A stretch of 64,000 nt of DNA from Camelus ferus (lineage: Eukaryota). Positions 1 through 13,300 of the stretch are shown here, one piece after another; within the stretch, counting starts at the first letter, position 1; every line of letters begins with the position of its first letter. Made by a program: the position numbers and the translations under genes. The stretch is from positions 58,158,001-58,222,000 of the forward strand of contig NC_045697.1 of NCBI RefSeq assembly GCF_009834535.1, in the 5' to 3' direction. A model generated the notes under the pieces. It worked only from the letters and a program-made list of their open reading frames with translations, was not told the origin of the DNA and did not search any database.

Positions 1-540
1 AGTTCTTCTTGGTAAAATTCCATCTCTCTGTGTGAAATGTTGTAGCTCCCTGCATTAATTGTAAGCAAATAGTCTTCCTGTAACATCTTTAATTGGATTA
101 AATATGTCTATTTAATATAAATGCATTTAACAGCTGCTGAGTCCCTGGTAATTCAGTTTACAAACATGACTGAAGCCCCTTCTCTGACCTCTTTGCAGTC
201 AATTTGGGAAAACTGATAAACTGATAAGTTCAACACAAAGCAACAAGGGGTGCAAGAGGGGTTTGCACAGAGAAGTGAAGCGTCTAACACTCTCCTCCCC
301 TTCTACTTAAAATTCCATCTTCAATCAACTTTTCTTCAAGGAGAATTTGAAAAGTTAATGCTTACTTAAAATAAAAACAGACTGCTAGCAATAAATCAAG
401 ATAAAAATCTTAATAGTAGGGATCTACAGAAGGCGGTATGAAAAATTATTGTAGAATAGGCTGCAAGGAGCTATCAAGTATTTTTAAAAGAGAAATACAA
501 CTTTGGTGATTCTTTTTGAAACCTAGATAAAATCATGCTA

Positions 541-923
541 ATTCACTGCTTAAAACCACAGTTACCAGTGAGAACCTCTGAGATCTAGCCCTTGCCTACC
601 TCTAAAGTCCCATTCCATACCATTCTCCTTCTTTTCCATACTTAGCCACTCAGATCTTCTTTCAGTTCCTAGAACATTTTCCCTTTCCCAGGGCCTCTAT
701 ATATGCTGTTCTCTCTGCTTGAAACAGCTCCCAAACTTGAAGTATCATTTTATTATATTCTTGTAAAAGCCTAAACTGTTCCTAACCTCCACCACCATCA
801 TCACTATCATCAGTCCTTCCCCAATCAGACCAGTTCCACAGTTAAATTAGTATAATCTTATCTCCATTAAATCTACTCCATATTATAATTAAATATTTTT
901 GTGACTTAGTAAGCTCCATTGAG
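541..923 (+). mobile_element. LINE-2 3' fragment
   Basis: Degenerate L2 3'-region motifs (cagggcctctatatatgctgttctctctgcttgaaac, gtaagctccattgag), ending just before the L1 5' end. Confidence 0.6.
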
Positions 924-2574
924 ATAAAAAAAGGTATCAAGGAGAAGTTCCCAAGATGGCAGAGTAGAAAGGCCCTGAATCCACTTTTTCTCACTGGCAC
1001 GTCAAAATTACAACTATTTACAATACAATTCTAGAAGAAAAAGACCAAAACCTACCAGAAAACATCTTCTGCAACTAAAGATATAAAGAAGAAACCACAA
1101 CAAGACAGGTAGGAAGGGCAGAGTCACAGTACAGTCAAGACCCATACCCCCAGGTGGGCAACCAACAAACAGGAGAATTGCAATTGCAATTACAGAAATT
1201 GTCCCCAAGAAATGAAATGTCTGAGCCACAGAGGGCTCCCAGCCTGGGGCTCCTGCACTAGGAAGATGACCACCCAAGAACTTTTGGCTTTGAAGACCAG
1301 CAGGGCCTACTTTCTGGAACCTCAGAGGCCTGAAGGAAATAGAGATTCCATTCTTAAAGGGAACATACAAAATATCACACGCTTTTAGGACCCAAGGAAG
1401 AAGCAAAAATATGAAAGGTGCTTTGATCAGACCTACCTGCTGATCTTGGCACGTGTCCAGGAGAGGCAGGCAGCAACTACAGTTCACTCTGAGGACATAG
1501 ATACTGGCAGCAGCCATTACTGTGAGCTCATTCCACCATATGGTCACTGGTAGGGGCAAGCACCATTTTGAAATCCCCCATCTAGCTTCTTAGCCTCAGC
1601 ATCTAGCCCCACCTCTGCCCACAAGCCTGTAGGCACCAATGCTGGGATGCCTCAGGCCAACCATCTAAGTGGGTGGGGACACAGCCCCATCCAACAGCAG
1701 ACAAGCTGCCATTAGACCCCTTGAGCCACCCCTGGACATAGTCCTGACCACCAGAGACCCCAGGACATGGCGTCACACACCAGTGGGCAGGTACTAGACC
1801 TGGGACTCAACAACCAGAGAAACCAGGACACGGGTTTGCCCACCGGTGAACAGGCACTATCCCTCAAATCCCCTAGGCTTTGGGCATGCACACTGATGAG
1901 CCCACTCTAGCACTGGGACCAGCTTCATCCACCAGTGGGCAAGCACCAGCCCTAGGACAATTGCCTCCCTTCAGTCTAGCTAGCACCAGCCTATGTCTGG
2001 CTGGGCCCCAGCTCCAGCTACCATCAGGCCAACATAAGCTTTGGGACACCCTGGACCTCAAAGTCAATTGTGTCAGGAACTGGCCTCACCCTCCAGTGGT
2101 TCAACATCAGCTCTGGGAACCCTAGTCCCTGCAGCCAGAGCCCAGGACACAGCTCTGCCTGCCAGTGGGCCAGCACTAGCCCCAGGACCTAGCTTCATTC
2201 ATTGGTGGGCAGGCACCAGTCCTGGGATCTCTTGGCCCCTGACTCAGGCCAACAGTGAGCCAGCACTAGCCCCAAGGCCTCCCAGGCTTCCACAGACAGC
2301 CACCTCAAGACCCAGCCCACCAACCAATAGCCAGCAGCCTCTGCACAAGGCAGAGCTTGGCAATCAATAGACTTGGGACCAGGCACACCTACCAGGCTCC
2401 CAGAGCAGTCAGCCTACCACAACAAAAGGACTCATGAAGCCCAAATAAGGGGAAATCCTAGAGCATACAGCTCTGGTGACCAGAGGGGTGCACTCCTGGG
2501 ACGTATCAGATATCTCTTACAAAAGGTCACTTCTCCAAAATTGGGAAACATAATCAACCTATCAGATACACAGA

Positions 2575-3500
2575 AATAAAAACAAGTTAGGCAAAATGAG
2601 GTGACAGAGGAACACATTTCAAAGGAATGAGATAAAAGCTCAGAAGAAGTTAGTAAAGTGGGAAATAGGCAATCTACTCAACAAAGAGTTCAAGGTAAAT
2701 ATCTTAAAGACGATCAAAGAACTCTGGCTAAGAATGGATAAACAGAGTGAGAAGTTAGAATTTTTTTTAAAGAATTAGAAAAAAATAAAGAACAACCGAA
2801 CAGAGATAAAGAGTGTAATCACTGAAATGACAAATACACTAGCAGGAATCAACAGAAAACTAAATGATACAGAAGAACCAGATCAGTGAGCTGGAACACA
2901 GAGTAGTGGAAATCATTAAAGCAGAAAAGAAAATTAAAAAAGAATAAAAATAAATGAGGTCAGTATAAGAGACATCTACGACAATATTAAGTGTACTAAC
3001 ATTTACATTATAGGGGTTCCAGAAGGAGAAGAGAGAGAGACAAAGGGACAGAGAACATAACTGAAGATGTAATAACTGAAAACTTCCCTAACCTGGGACA
3101 GGAAAGACATCCAAGTCCAGAAAACTGAGAGAATCCCATACAGGATTAGCCCAAAGAGGAACACACCAAGACACATTGTAAATTAAATGACACATAAAAT
3201 GGCAAAAAATTAATGATAAATTATTAAAAGCAGCAAGGTAAAAGCCATAAGTTACATACAAGGGAACTCCCATAAGGCTATCAGCTGACTTTTCAGCAGA
3301 AACTCTGAAGGCCAGAAGGGAGTGGCATGATACATTTAAAGTGAAAGGGAAAAACTTACAATTAAGAATACTCTATTCAGCAAGGCTCTCATTCAGATTT
3401 GATGGAGAAATCAAAAGTTTTTACAGATAAGCAAAGCTAAAAGAGTTCAGCTCCACCAACCAGCTTTACAAGAAAAGTTAAAGGCAGATGTCTAAATGAA
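2575..3500 (+). pseudogene. L1 ORF1p remnant (disrupted)
   Basis: Typical ORF1 DNA motifs (ataggggttccagaaggagaagagagag, aaggctatcagctgacttttcagcagaaactctg); no continuous reading frame. Confidence 0.85.
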
Positions 3501-3818
3501 AAAGAAAGGGCACAACTAGAAACAATAAAATTAAATAATAAAAAAGCTCATTGATAAAGACTAATAAACAGTAAAGGTAGTAAATCGACCATGTACAAAC
3601 ATGATCATGTTAAAAGACAAAATCAGTAAAATTACCTACACCACACTAAGCAGTTAAGGGATACAAGAAACAAATAGATGTAAAATATGTTATCAAAAAC
3701 CATAATCATCAGGCTAGGAGACTGAAAATGTAGAGTTGCTAAAATGCATTTGAAATTAAGAGACCAGCACTTAAAATTATCATATATATAAATGCAAATA
3801 CACATATGTATAATCATA

Positions 3819-3842
3819 TAGATAGATAGTTGGTTAGATGGT

Positions 3843-3885
<43 letters not shown>
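3819..3885 (+). repeat. (TAGA)n microsatellite in the L1 inter-ORF spacer
   Basis: Directly visible TAGA run with a short interruption. Confidence 0.95.
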
Positions 3886-4059
3886 CTCTATGTAAATCTC
3901 ATGGTAACCACAAATCAAAAATCTATGATAGATACACATAAAACAAATAGAAAGGAATCCAAATATTACCCTAAGAATAGTCACCAAATCACAAGGAAAG
4001 AGAACAAAAGAAGACAGGAACAAAAAAGAACTACAAAAAAAAGGAAAACAATGAATAAA

Positions 4060-7000
4060 ATGGAAATAAGTACATAGATATCAATAATTACTTTAAGTGT
4101 AAATGGACTTACCGCTCCAATCAAAAGATACAAAATAGCTGAATGGATACAAAAAAATGATGCATGTACATGCTGTCTATAAGAGATTTACTTCAGAATT
4201 ATAGAAAAACAAAATGAAAGTAAGGAGATGGTAAAAGCTATTTCATGCAAATGGAACTCAAAAGAAGGCTGGAGTAGCAATACTTATATCAGACAAAATA
4301 GTGAAATAAAGACTGTTACATGAGAAAAATAGAATATCACATAATGATCAAGGGATCAATCCAACAAGAAGATAAAACAATTGTAAATATATATGTACAC
4401 AACATGGGACCATCTAAATACATAAAGCAAATATTAACAAACATAAAGGGAGAAATCTACAGTAATATAATAATATTAGGGAACTTTAACACCCCACTTA
4501 TATCAATGGACAGATCATCTGGATGAAAAATCAATACAAACACTTGCCTTAAATGACAAATTAGACCAGATGACTTAACAGATATATATAGAATTTTCCA
4601 CACAAAAACAGTAGAACACATTCTTTTCAAGTAAACATAGACATTCTCCAGGATATAGCACCTGCTAGGCCATAAAACAAGCCCCAGTAAACTTAAGAAA
4701 ATTGAAATTATATCAAATGTCTTTTCTGACCACAATACTAAGAGTAAAAATCAACTACATGGGAAAAACTGGAAAAAAAAAAAAAAACCCACAAACACAT
4801 GGAGGCTACACAATATCTGCTAAACAACCAACAGATTACTGAAGAAATCAAATAAGAAATTAACAAAATACCTGGAGATAAATGAAAAGTACAGCAATCC
4901 AAAATCCATGGGACACAGCAAAAACAGTTCAATGAGGGATGTTCATAGTAATACAAGCTTTCCTCAGAACAGAAGAAAATCTCAAATGATAACTTATCCT
5001 TACAGTTAATGGAAAGAAGAAATGGCAAAACCTGAAGTCAATAGAAGGAAAGAAATCATCAGGATCAAAGCAAAAAAGACTGAAATAGAAACTTAAAAAA
5101 AAATAGAGAAGATCAATGAAAATAGAGCTGGTTCTTTAAAAAGATAAACAAAATTGATGAACCTTTAACAAGACCCATCAAGAAAAATAAATAAAGGATC
5201 AAAATGAAAAAAAATTAAAAATGAAAAAGGAGAAACCAAAACTGGCACCACAAATACAAAGGATCAGAAGAGATCACTATGAACAGCCATACGGCAACAA
5301 AATGGAAAACTTAGAAGAAAAGGACAAATTACTAGAAATGTACAATCTCCCAAGACTGAACCAGGAAGTAACAGAAAATATGAACAGACCATTACCAGTA
5401 ATGAAACAGAATCATTACTTTAAAAAACTCCCAACAAAAGTCCAAGACAGATGCTTCACAAGTGAATCATACCAAACATTTAGAGAAGAGTTAACACCTA
5501 TCCTCAAACTGTTCCAAAAATTTGCAGAGGAAGGAATGCTTCCTAACTCTTTAGGCCAGCAACACCCTAATACCAAAACCAGACAGAGATATCACAGAAA
5601 AAGAAAATTACAGGCCAATATGAAAAATGAACATAGATGCAAAAATCCTCAACCAAATATTAGCAAACTGCATCCAACAATATGTTAAAAGGATCATACA
5701 TCATGATCAAGTACAATTTATCCCAAGGATACAAGGATGGTTCAATATTTGCAACTCAATCAATATGATACACCACAGTAACAAATTAAAGAATAAAATG
5801 CATATGATCATCTCAACAGATGCATAAAAACCTTTAATAAAATTCAACATCTATTTATGATTAAAACTCTCCAGAGAGTAGGTACAGAGAGAGCATACCT
5901 CAAAATAATAAAGGGCATGTATGATAAGCCCACACCTGGCATCATACTTAATGGTGAAAAACTGATAGCTTTTCCCCCAAAATGAGGAAAAAGACAAGGA
6001 TGTCCACTCTTTCCACTTTTATTCAACACAGCAAGTCATAGACACAGCAATCAGACAAGTAAAATAAATGAAAGGAATCCTAATTGAAAAGTAAGAGTTA
6101 AAACTGGTCACTGTTTGCAGATGGCATGATAGTCTACATATAAAATCCTACAGACGCCACCAAAAAGCTATGAGAGTGCATCAGGGAATTCAGTGCAGTT
6201 GCAGGATACAAAACTAATACACAGATGTCTGTTGAATTTCTATACACTAACAATGAACTATCAGAAGAGAAATTAATGAAACAATCCCACTTACAAGTAC
6301 ATCAAAAAGAATAAAATAAGAAAAAGAGAATAGTAGGAATAATAGCTACCTCAAGAGGTAAAGACCTATACTCAGAAAATATAAGAAACTGATGAAAGCA
6401 ATTGAAAACAATAAAAACAGATGGAAAGATATAATATGTTCAAGGACTGGAAAATCTGATATTGTTAAAAGGAACATACCACCAAAGGCAACTTACAGAT
6501 TCAATGAAATTCCTATCAAAATACCAATGGCATTTTTCACAGAACTAGAACAACTAATTTTAAAATGTGTATGGAAACATAAAAGACCCCTAACAGCCAA
6601 AACAATATTGACAAAGAAGAACAGAAGTGGAGGTATCATGCTTCTTGACTTCAGACTATACTACAAAGCTACAGTAATCAAAACACTATGGTACTACCAC
6701 AAAAATCAACACATAGATCAAACAGAATAGAGAGCCAGGAATAAACTCATACATTTATGGTCAATTTATCCACAACAAAGGAGACAGGAACATACAATGG
6801 AGAAAAATGGAAAAAAAAAGATAGTTTCTTCAATAAGTGGTGCTGGGAAAATGGGACAGCTGCATGGAAAGGAATGAAATTAGAACATTTTCTCACACCA
6901 TATACAAAAATAAATTCCAAATGGATTAAAGACCTAAGTTTAAGACCAGAATCTGTAAAACTCCTTAAAGAGAACATAGGCAGAACACCCTTTGACATAA

Positions 7001-7810
7001 ATTGTAGTATTTTTTTTCGATCTCTCTTCTAAGGCAAAGGAAACAAAAGCAAAAGTAAACAAATGGGATCTTGTTGAACTTAAAAACTTTTGCAAACCAA
7101 AGGAAATCACTGACAAATGAAAAGACAGCCTACTGAATGGGAGAAAATATTTGCAAATTATGTGATCGAAATATGTAAACAGTTCACACAACTCAATAAC
7201 AAACAAAAACAGCTTGATTAAAAAATGTGCAAAAGACCTGATTAGACATTTTTCTGAATCTGAACAATCTGAACAATCACCTCACAAAAGACGATATACA
7301 GAGGCAAATAAGCACATGAAATGATGCTCAAAACCATGTCATTAAGGAATTGCAGATTAAAATAACGAGATGGCACTACACACCTACAGAATGGCTAAAT
7401 TCCAAAACACTGACAACACCAAGTGTTGACAAGGATGTAGACTAACAGGAACTCTCATTCCTTGCTGGTGGAATGCAAAATGATACAGCCACTTTGGAAA
7501 ATAGTTTGGCAGGGATTTTGTCAACAAAATTAAACACAGTTTTACCATACAACTGAGTAATCACACTTAAAAATATTTACCCAAATAAGCTGAAAACTTA
7601 CATCCACATAAAATTCTGCATTCAAATGTTTATAACAATTTTACTCATAATTGCCAAAAATCAGATGCAACCAAGATGACTTTCAGTGGGTGAATGAATA
7701 AACTCTGATAAATCCATACAATGCAATGTTATTCTGTGATAAAAATAAGTGACCTATTAAACCAGGAAAAGATATTAAGGAGCCTTAAATGCATATTGCC
7801 CAGTGAAAGA
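4060..7810 (+). pseudogene. L1 ORF2p (endonuclease/reverse transcriptase) remnant, many stops and frameshifts
   Basis: ORF-track peptides [73 protein letters not shown]. The RT motif FADD reads FADG at 6114-6125. Confidence 0.93.
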
Positions 7811-10719
7811 AGCCAGTCTGAAAAAGCTAAATGCTACATGATTCTAACTATATGACATATTGAAAAAGGCAGTACTACAGAGACAGTAAAAAGATCAATA
7901 TTTGCCAGGAGCTGTGGAGGAAAGAATGTATTGGTGGAGCACAGGGCATTTTTAGGACAGTGGACTTATTCTGTATGATACTGACATAATGCATTTGTCA
8001 AAACCCGTTGAACTGTACAACACGAAGAGTGAATCCTAATGTAAACTATTGACTTTAGTTAATTATAATGTATTTGTATTGGTTTATCAACTATAATAAT
8101 TGTACCACACCAATGCAAGAGGTTAATAATAGAGAAACTGTTGAGGGAGAGGTAGGCAGGAAGAAGAAGGAAATATTTAAGAACCCTGTATTTAGAGCTC
8201 ATTTTTTTCTGTAAACCCAAAACTGCTCTAACAAATAAATTCTATAAACTAAAAAAAAAAAAAAAAAAAAAAGAGTTTGGGAAAGGTATGTTTAAAAGAA
8301 ATTCACTGCCTTGTGTTGTATTGCCACCAGGCAAAAGGAGAAAAATTTTTAAATGGCTAATATTCTACTTTTTGTTTTGTTTATATTTCTATTCTAGTTG
8401 ATTTCTCTAATTCAAAAATGTTCTCCAAAAAGATGTACTTTGAAACGGTTGTCAGCTTATTAATAGAGGTAGCACTTCTGACATCAAGTGAGAATCAGTT
8501 CTATATTTCAACAGCAGAACACGAAAAGGCTTGCATTCCTTAAGGATTCCACAAACTGCTTATTAAACTTTCACAGCCTACTTCAAAAAGTAGAAACAGG
8601 AGTCAGGTAAAAAAGCCTCAAAGGAGAAAAACCACATAGAAGGCCAACTCCTATCCTATTCTACACACAAACACAGCTTCTACTGAAAAATAATATTTCT
8701 TTCCTTTTCTTTAATTCAATGGCAGACCCTAAGCATTCTATAAGGAAACAAATCTATTCCCAAAGTGTACATAACAAGTATGGCCACACAGAAGGTTAGA
8801 TCTAAAGGTGAAGTTGACCTCTTTATCACAAAGAAAATCATAGAGAACCAAAAAGTACTTTCATTTGGACACTTAGGCAACAGAAGTGCAGGAATTGTTC
8901 GGGTTATAACTATAGATGACACTCAAAGCCTGAATTTAAACACAGCCACTCTGAATATAACATTTGCTTGGCCCAAAGTACCCATTATTATTATTTTTTT
9001 GTTTTTGAAGAAGTGTTGTCTATTACAAGACAGAGCAATTGAAAACTTGGAATCTTTCTATGTGCTTATGAGAATATGTAATCTTTTTTCTCCCCCAGAA
9101 AAAGATGTTTCCAGTAATAAAATTTCCCAAAGGGCTCAATTTATACTACAAAATTTATTCCCTCTAATTATAATATGTAGCTTAAAAAACAAATTTCTAT
9201 GAAGATTTACACTACCAAATCAAAAATATAGAAAGGGGCATAATATATAATAGATTTAAATGTTAATGTATACTTTTTCATCTATATGAAATACTGCTGG
9301 TAATTTCATACAGGTACTGAAATAGAGGTGATATTTTTCATCATTATGATTTGCTTATAACAGGAGGCTATTTCATAGCTGCAATCTTTTATAAAAAATT
9401 ATATGCTTTAAATGAGTGGAAGGTCCAAATATAGCCTAGGAGAAAGGGCTACTGTACTAAGATTAAATTTATCTATGAAGGCTTTGCTCAAAAAGTCTGT
9501 GGGAAATTACTTTCATGGTAATAAATAATAACTTTTCAAAATTAAATTTATCATAAATGTTGAGAAAAATGTACATGAGGAAGGTATTTCTAATGCCTGG
9601 TGGGATTTTGCCTTAGTTGGCAGATAACAAAAAACAGTTGGAAACTACTGATTTCTAACTGTGTTTTCTCTTTCTCTCCTACTAAAAGCAACTGAAAACT
9701 TATCTCCTTCAAAAAGTCTTGGCTAAGTAACCCTCTCAAAACTCCCTTTGATCCTACCTTTTTACTCATTATTTGTATAGCCATAATATGAATTAAATTA
9801 AATGTATCTTTGCAAATAATATTAAATCTTTATTCCACTTGCAGTTTTCTAGAGAATAGAGTTCTTGAATTTTACTATTTTTAGGCCCCATAGCACTTTA
9901 CAAGTGCAAAGAATGTAAGGCAGTCAGTTTTGAACCACTGGGAGGTGACATCATTTTCTGTATATTCATAACATAGATTATGAGAAAATCTTTAAAATTT
10001 GGTGTATAAATACATCAACAAAACTTATTAAAATTTAATTCTTCTAAACTTTGATGGGGTATTTATAGTTCTTGGAATCTAAACAAACAAAACAAAACAG
10101 GATAAATTTTGAATGTCTATCCATAAAAGAATGATAGAATAAAGTATTCAGCCCAGTATTACAGAAAATGACACCATGATTAAAAAGAATGCATTTGATC
10201 TAGATAATTTTCCTAATTATATCACTTTCTTGCTAAGAGTTACTCAGCATCCAATAGCTTAGTTTCCTTATTTGTGGAATAGAAACATTACTTGTCCTAA
10301 GACAAGCAAAGTAGGAATAAATGAATACACTAGTACACATTAAACAAATGAATACATAGTTTCATAAGTGAATATACTAGTACACGTTAAACAAATAAAG
10401 TATAGTTATATACTTTTATGTATTTTATGCAATGTATATACATTTTACTATGTTGTTTGAAACATTCATTTAATAATACTTTAATAATCAATGTAAAAAT
10501 TAAAAACAGGAGTATCTGTGTTAATACCTTATGTCCTTTGCTTGCAAAGTGCCTCTGGTATCTTGGTACTAGATGGACCTATAGGAATAGGTCATCTGTG
10601 CTTCAGTTTTCCTAGTGCTTAATGGGTGTATAAAAGTCTGATATAGGAGTCACTTCCCCAGAAATAATTTGGTTAGAATACCTACACTTCTAAGTCCTTA
10701 GGAATTCTCATAATTTATT

Positions 10720-12590
10720 TATTTATATAGATAGATATAGATATATCATAATAATATATACATACATACACACATATATACATGTGGATTTGGATACAGG
10801 TACAAATATTAATATAGATATAGAGAGATAATAAATAATTAGATAGGGAAATTAGTATAGATGTCAATGTATGTATGCATTTGTGCAGGTGGACACGCCA
10901 AAATACCAGGAGATGACATCAATAAATCAAAACAAGTAAGCCACATTGATGTAGAAGTTTCAGTTTCAGTATCTATGTACATATACACACATATATTCCT
11001 TAGTTCCATAATCCTAAAAACAGTGAAGGCCAGCAAGCAGTGACACCCCAATAGCAATGAGCAAACTTAGCATCCAGATTTTTACTTATAAGTGGTATTC
11101 TCCACTAAAATAAAGCTAGGATTCTTGGAGAAATGTCTGATTTCAGAGCCAGGTAAGGGAAAGAACAAGATGAGTCTGAAATATCTTATGCCACAGAGTA
11201 AGTAACTGCTCAAGGAATCATGAAGACAGACATGTCAAAAAAGATATGGAAGCTCAAATTGAAGAGGCTTCAACAAGCCAAATATGGAGTAATTGAGTAT
11301 TTAGTTAAATAATGGTAGTAATCAATTATAACTCATTGAATAAAATAAGTATTAAAATACTTCCCAATAAAATACAGACAGTCCAGATGGTTCAACTTAC
11401 AATTTTTCAGCTTTACAATGGTACTAAAGTGAAACACATTCAGCTATAACCAATCTTCAAATTTTGAATTTTGATCTTCTCCTGTGGAACTGATACATCG
11501 TAATATCCTCTCTCATGGTGCTGGGCAGCAGCTCCCAGTCAGCCACACTACCACGGGGATAAACAACCCATACACTTACAACCATCTGGACCCATACAAC
11601 CATTCTGTCTTTCACTTTCAGTAAAGAATTCAGTAAAATACATGAGGTGTTCAACACTTTACTATAAAATAGACTTTATGTTACATGTTTTTGCCAAACT
11701 ATAGGCTAACGTAACTGCTGTGAGCACATTTAAGCTAGGTTAGTCTAAGCTGTGATGTTTGGTCAGTTAGGTGTATTAAACATATTTTTGTCTTAATGAT
11801 ATTTTGAACTTATTTTAAACCCCATCATAAGGTGAGGAAGATCCATAATTAACAATTATAAAGGGGGGGAAAACTTACAACAGGAGCTTAGCAGACACCA
11901 CTTCAATCAAGTTATCAGTTACCCTCACCACTAATAGGATAAATCAAAACTGCTGCCCAATCATATGCATTAAGAGCATAGCATCCTGTGTGTGATTTTC
12001 TTGCCAAAGATGCAAAACTGAACCTAAGCACGAGTGAATATCAGATCAATGCAAATTACAGTACATTCTATAAAATAACTGGCCTATATTCCTGGTCTGT
12101 AAACTTCAAGGGTCAAGTCCATGAAAGTCATGAAGAAGCAGGAATTCTTCAGGCTGAAGGAATATAAAGAGTACATATGCCAACTCAAAGCAATGAGAAC
12201 TTCTGGATGAGATACTTCAAGGATACTACAAAGAAAATGATTCAGACAGTTGCTGAAACTTGTGTGAGGAAAATTAAGATCTGAGGATTAAATGGTAGTA
12301 ATTTCCTGATTTTGATCATTGTATTTGACTATGTATGAGAATGTGCTGGTCTGCAGGAAATACACAATAAAGTATTTAGGAGTAATGTAGTAAATGTCAG
12401 CAGGCTACTCTGAAGGTTTTCAGGAGTTATTTGAAGAAAAAGAGGGAGAGGGAAGGAGAGAGGGAGGTAAGAGAGCAGGAAATGGAGAGTGAGAGAGGAC
12501 AAGGAAGAGATAGAGAGGGAGGTAGAAAGTTGTTTGTACTGGGAACTTTTCTGCAAGCTTGTAATTGTTTCCAAAATGTCTTTAAAGTTT
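10720..12590 (+). mobile_element. Old L1 3' UTR (L1MC3/L1MC4-like), interrupted by a Tigger element
   Basis: Motifs tagcaatgagcaaacttagcatccagat, ttggagaaatgtctgatttcagagccagg, gtacattctataaaataactggcct and aacttttctgcaagcttgtaattgtttccaaaat. Confidence 0.8.
11375..11845 (-). mobile_element. TcMar-Tigger DNA transposon (Tigger5/MER47 group)
   Basis: TA flanks at 11373-74 and 11846-47; internal ttaggtgtattaaa, ataggctaacgtaa and cagctcccagtcag match the MER47-type consensus in reverse. Confidence 0.85.
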
Positions 12591-12639
12591 TAAGAAAGCA
12601 GTAAGGATGGGAGGAAACATGTTCAGATCTGCAGGAATC

Positions 12640-12913
12640 ACTCTCCTACCCACGCTGTGCTACAGCAAAATAAGGAGGTATAAAAGAAAGGGAGGACATG
12701 AGATCAGAAAACAGTCTTTGTTGCTCAGGAGAGAATGGAAAGGAACTCAAGATCCACTATAGAGCAAACTGCCTAAAGTAGATGCAGATGACCCAGAGGA
12801 TGGAGGCTCTAGGAAGGAGGACTTCAGAAAAAAAAAAAAAAAACTCAAATATTGATATAATATGGTCAAGACTAACACACACACACACAGACACACACAC
12901 AGACACACACACA

Positions 12914-12947
<34 letters not shown>

Positions 12948-13300
12948 AGGAAAGAAATAAGGAAACAGAAGTACAAGAAGAAAGACAACTGGAAATCTCA
13001 GGATAAAACAAAAAACTAAATGTGGGAGAAACCCATCTCCCAACATCTATTTTCATTTATACTAATTTGGATAAAAGGCTATAGAGAAGGAGTCAGGGAA
13101 GATAATAATAGTCATATCCATGCAGGAAGCAATTAGATAATGTCCAAAATCAATAAGTTAAGAAATAGCAGTATAAAGTTAGAGACATGGACGTAACAAC
13201 CAAAGCAAAAACAGTTCAAAGTGATTGCCTTCTTAAAGTAGAACTTGGAAATGAGAACTGAGTGGAGGATAGCATAAATTCATTATAAAATTTTGTTATT
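12640..13300 (+). mobile_element. HAL1-like fragment
   Basis: gaggacatgagatcagaaaacag...caggagagaatggaaaggaactc...gaggatggaggctctaggaaggag resembles the HAL1 3' region. Confidence 0.6.
12875..12945 (+). repeat. Interrupted (CA)n microsatellite
   Basis: Directly visible CA run with periodic GA interruptions. Confidence 0.97.

Larger units (their letters stand above)
941..8272 (+). mobile_element. Near-full-length decayed LINE-1 (L1MA9-lineage-like body, L1MC-type 3' end)
   Basis: YY1 motif caagatggc at 952-960; GC-rich 5' UTR to about 2570; ORF1 and ORF2 remnants; AATAAA at 8234-8239 and A22 tail at 8251-8272. Confidence 0.95.

Noticed and set aside
4320..7032. ORF-track ORFs with endonuclease/RT similarity as functional genes
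   Set aside because: Fragments of a dead L1 ORF2 with many stops and frameshifts and a mutated FADD motif.
8765..9202. 145-aa ORF
   Set aside because: Non-ATG start, AT-rich, no recognisable domain or splice structure.
12747..13056. ORFs with CV/TH repeats
   Set aside because: Translations of the (CA)n microsatellite.
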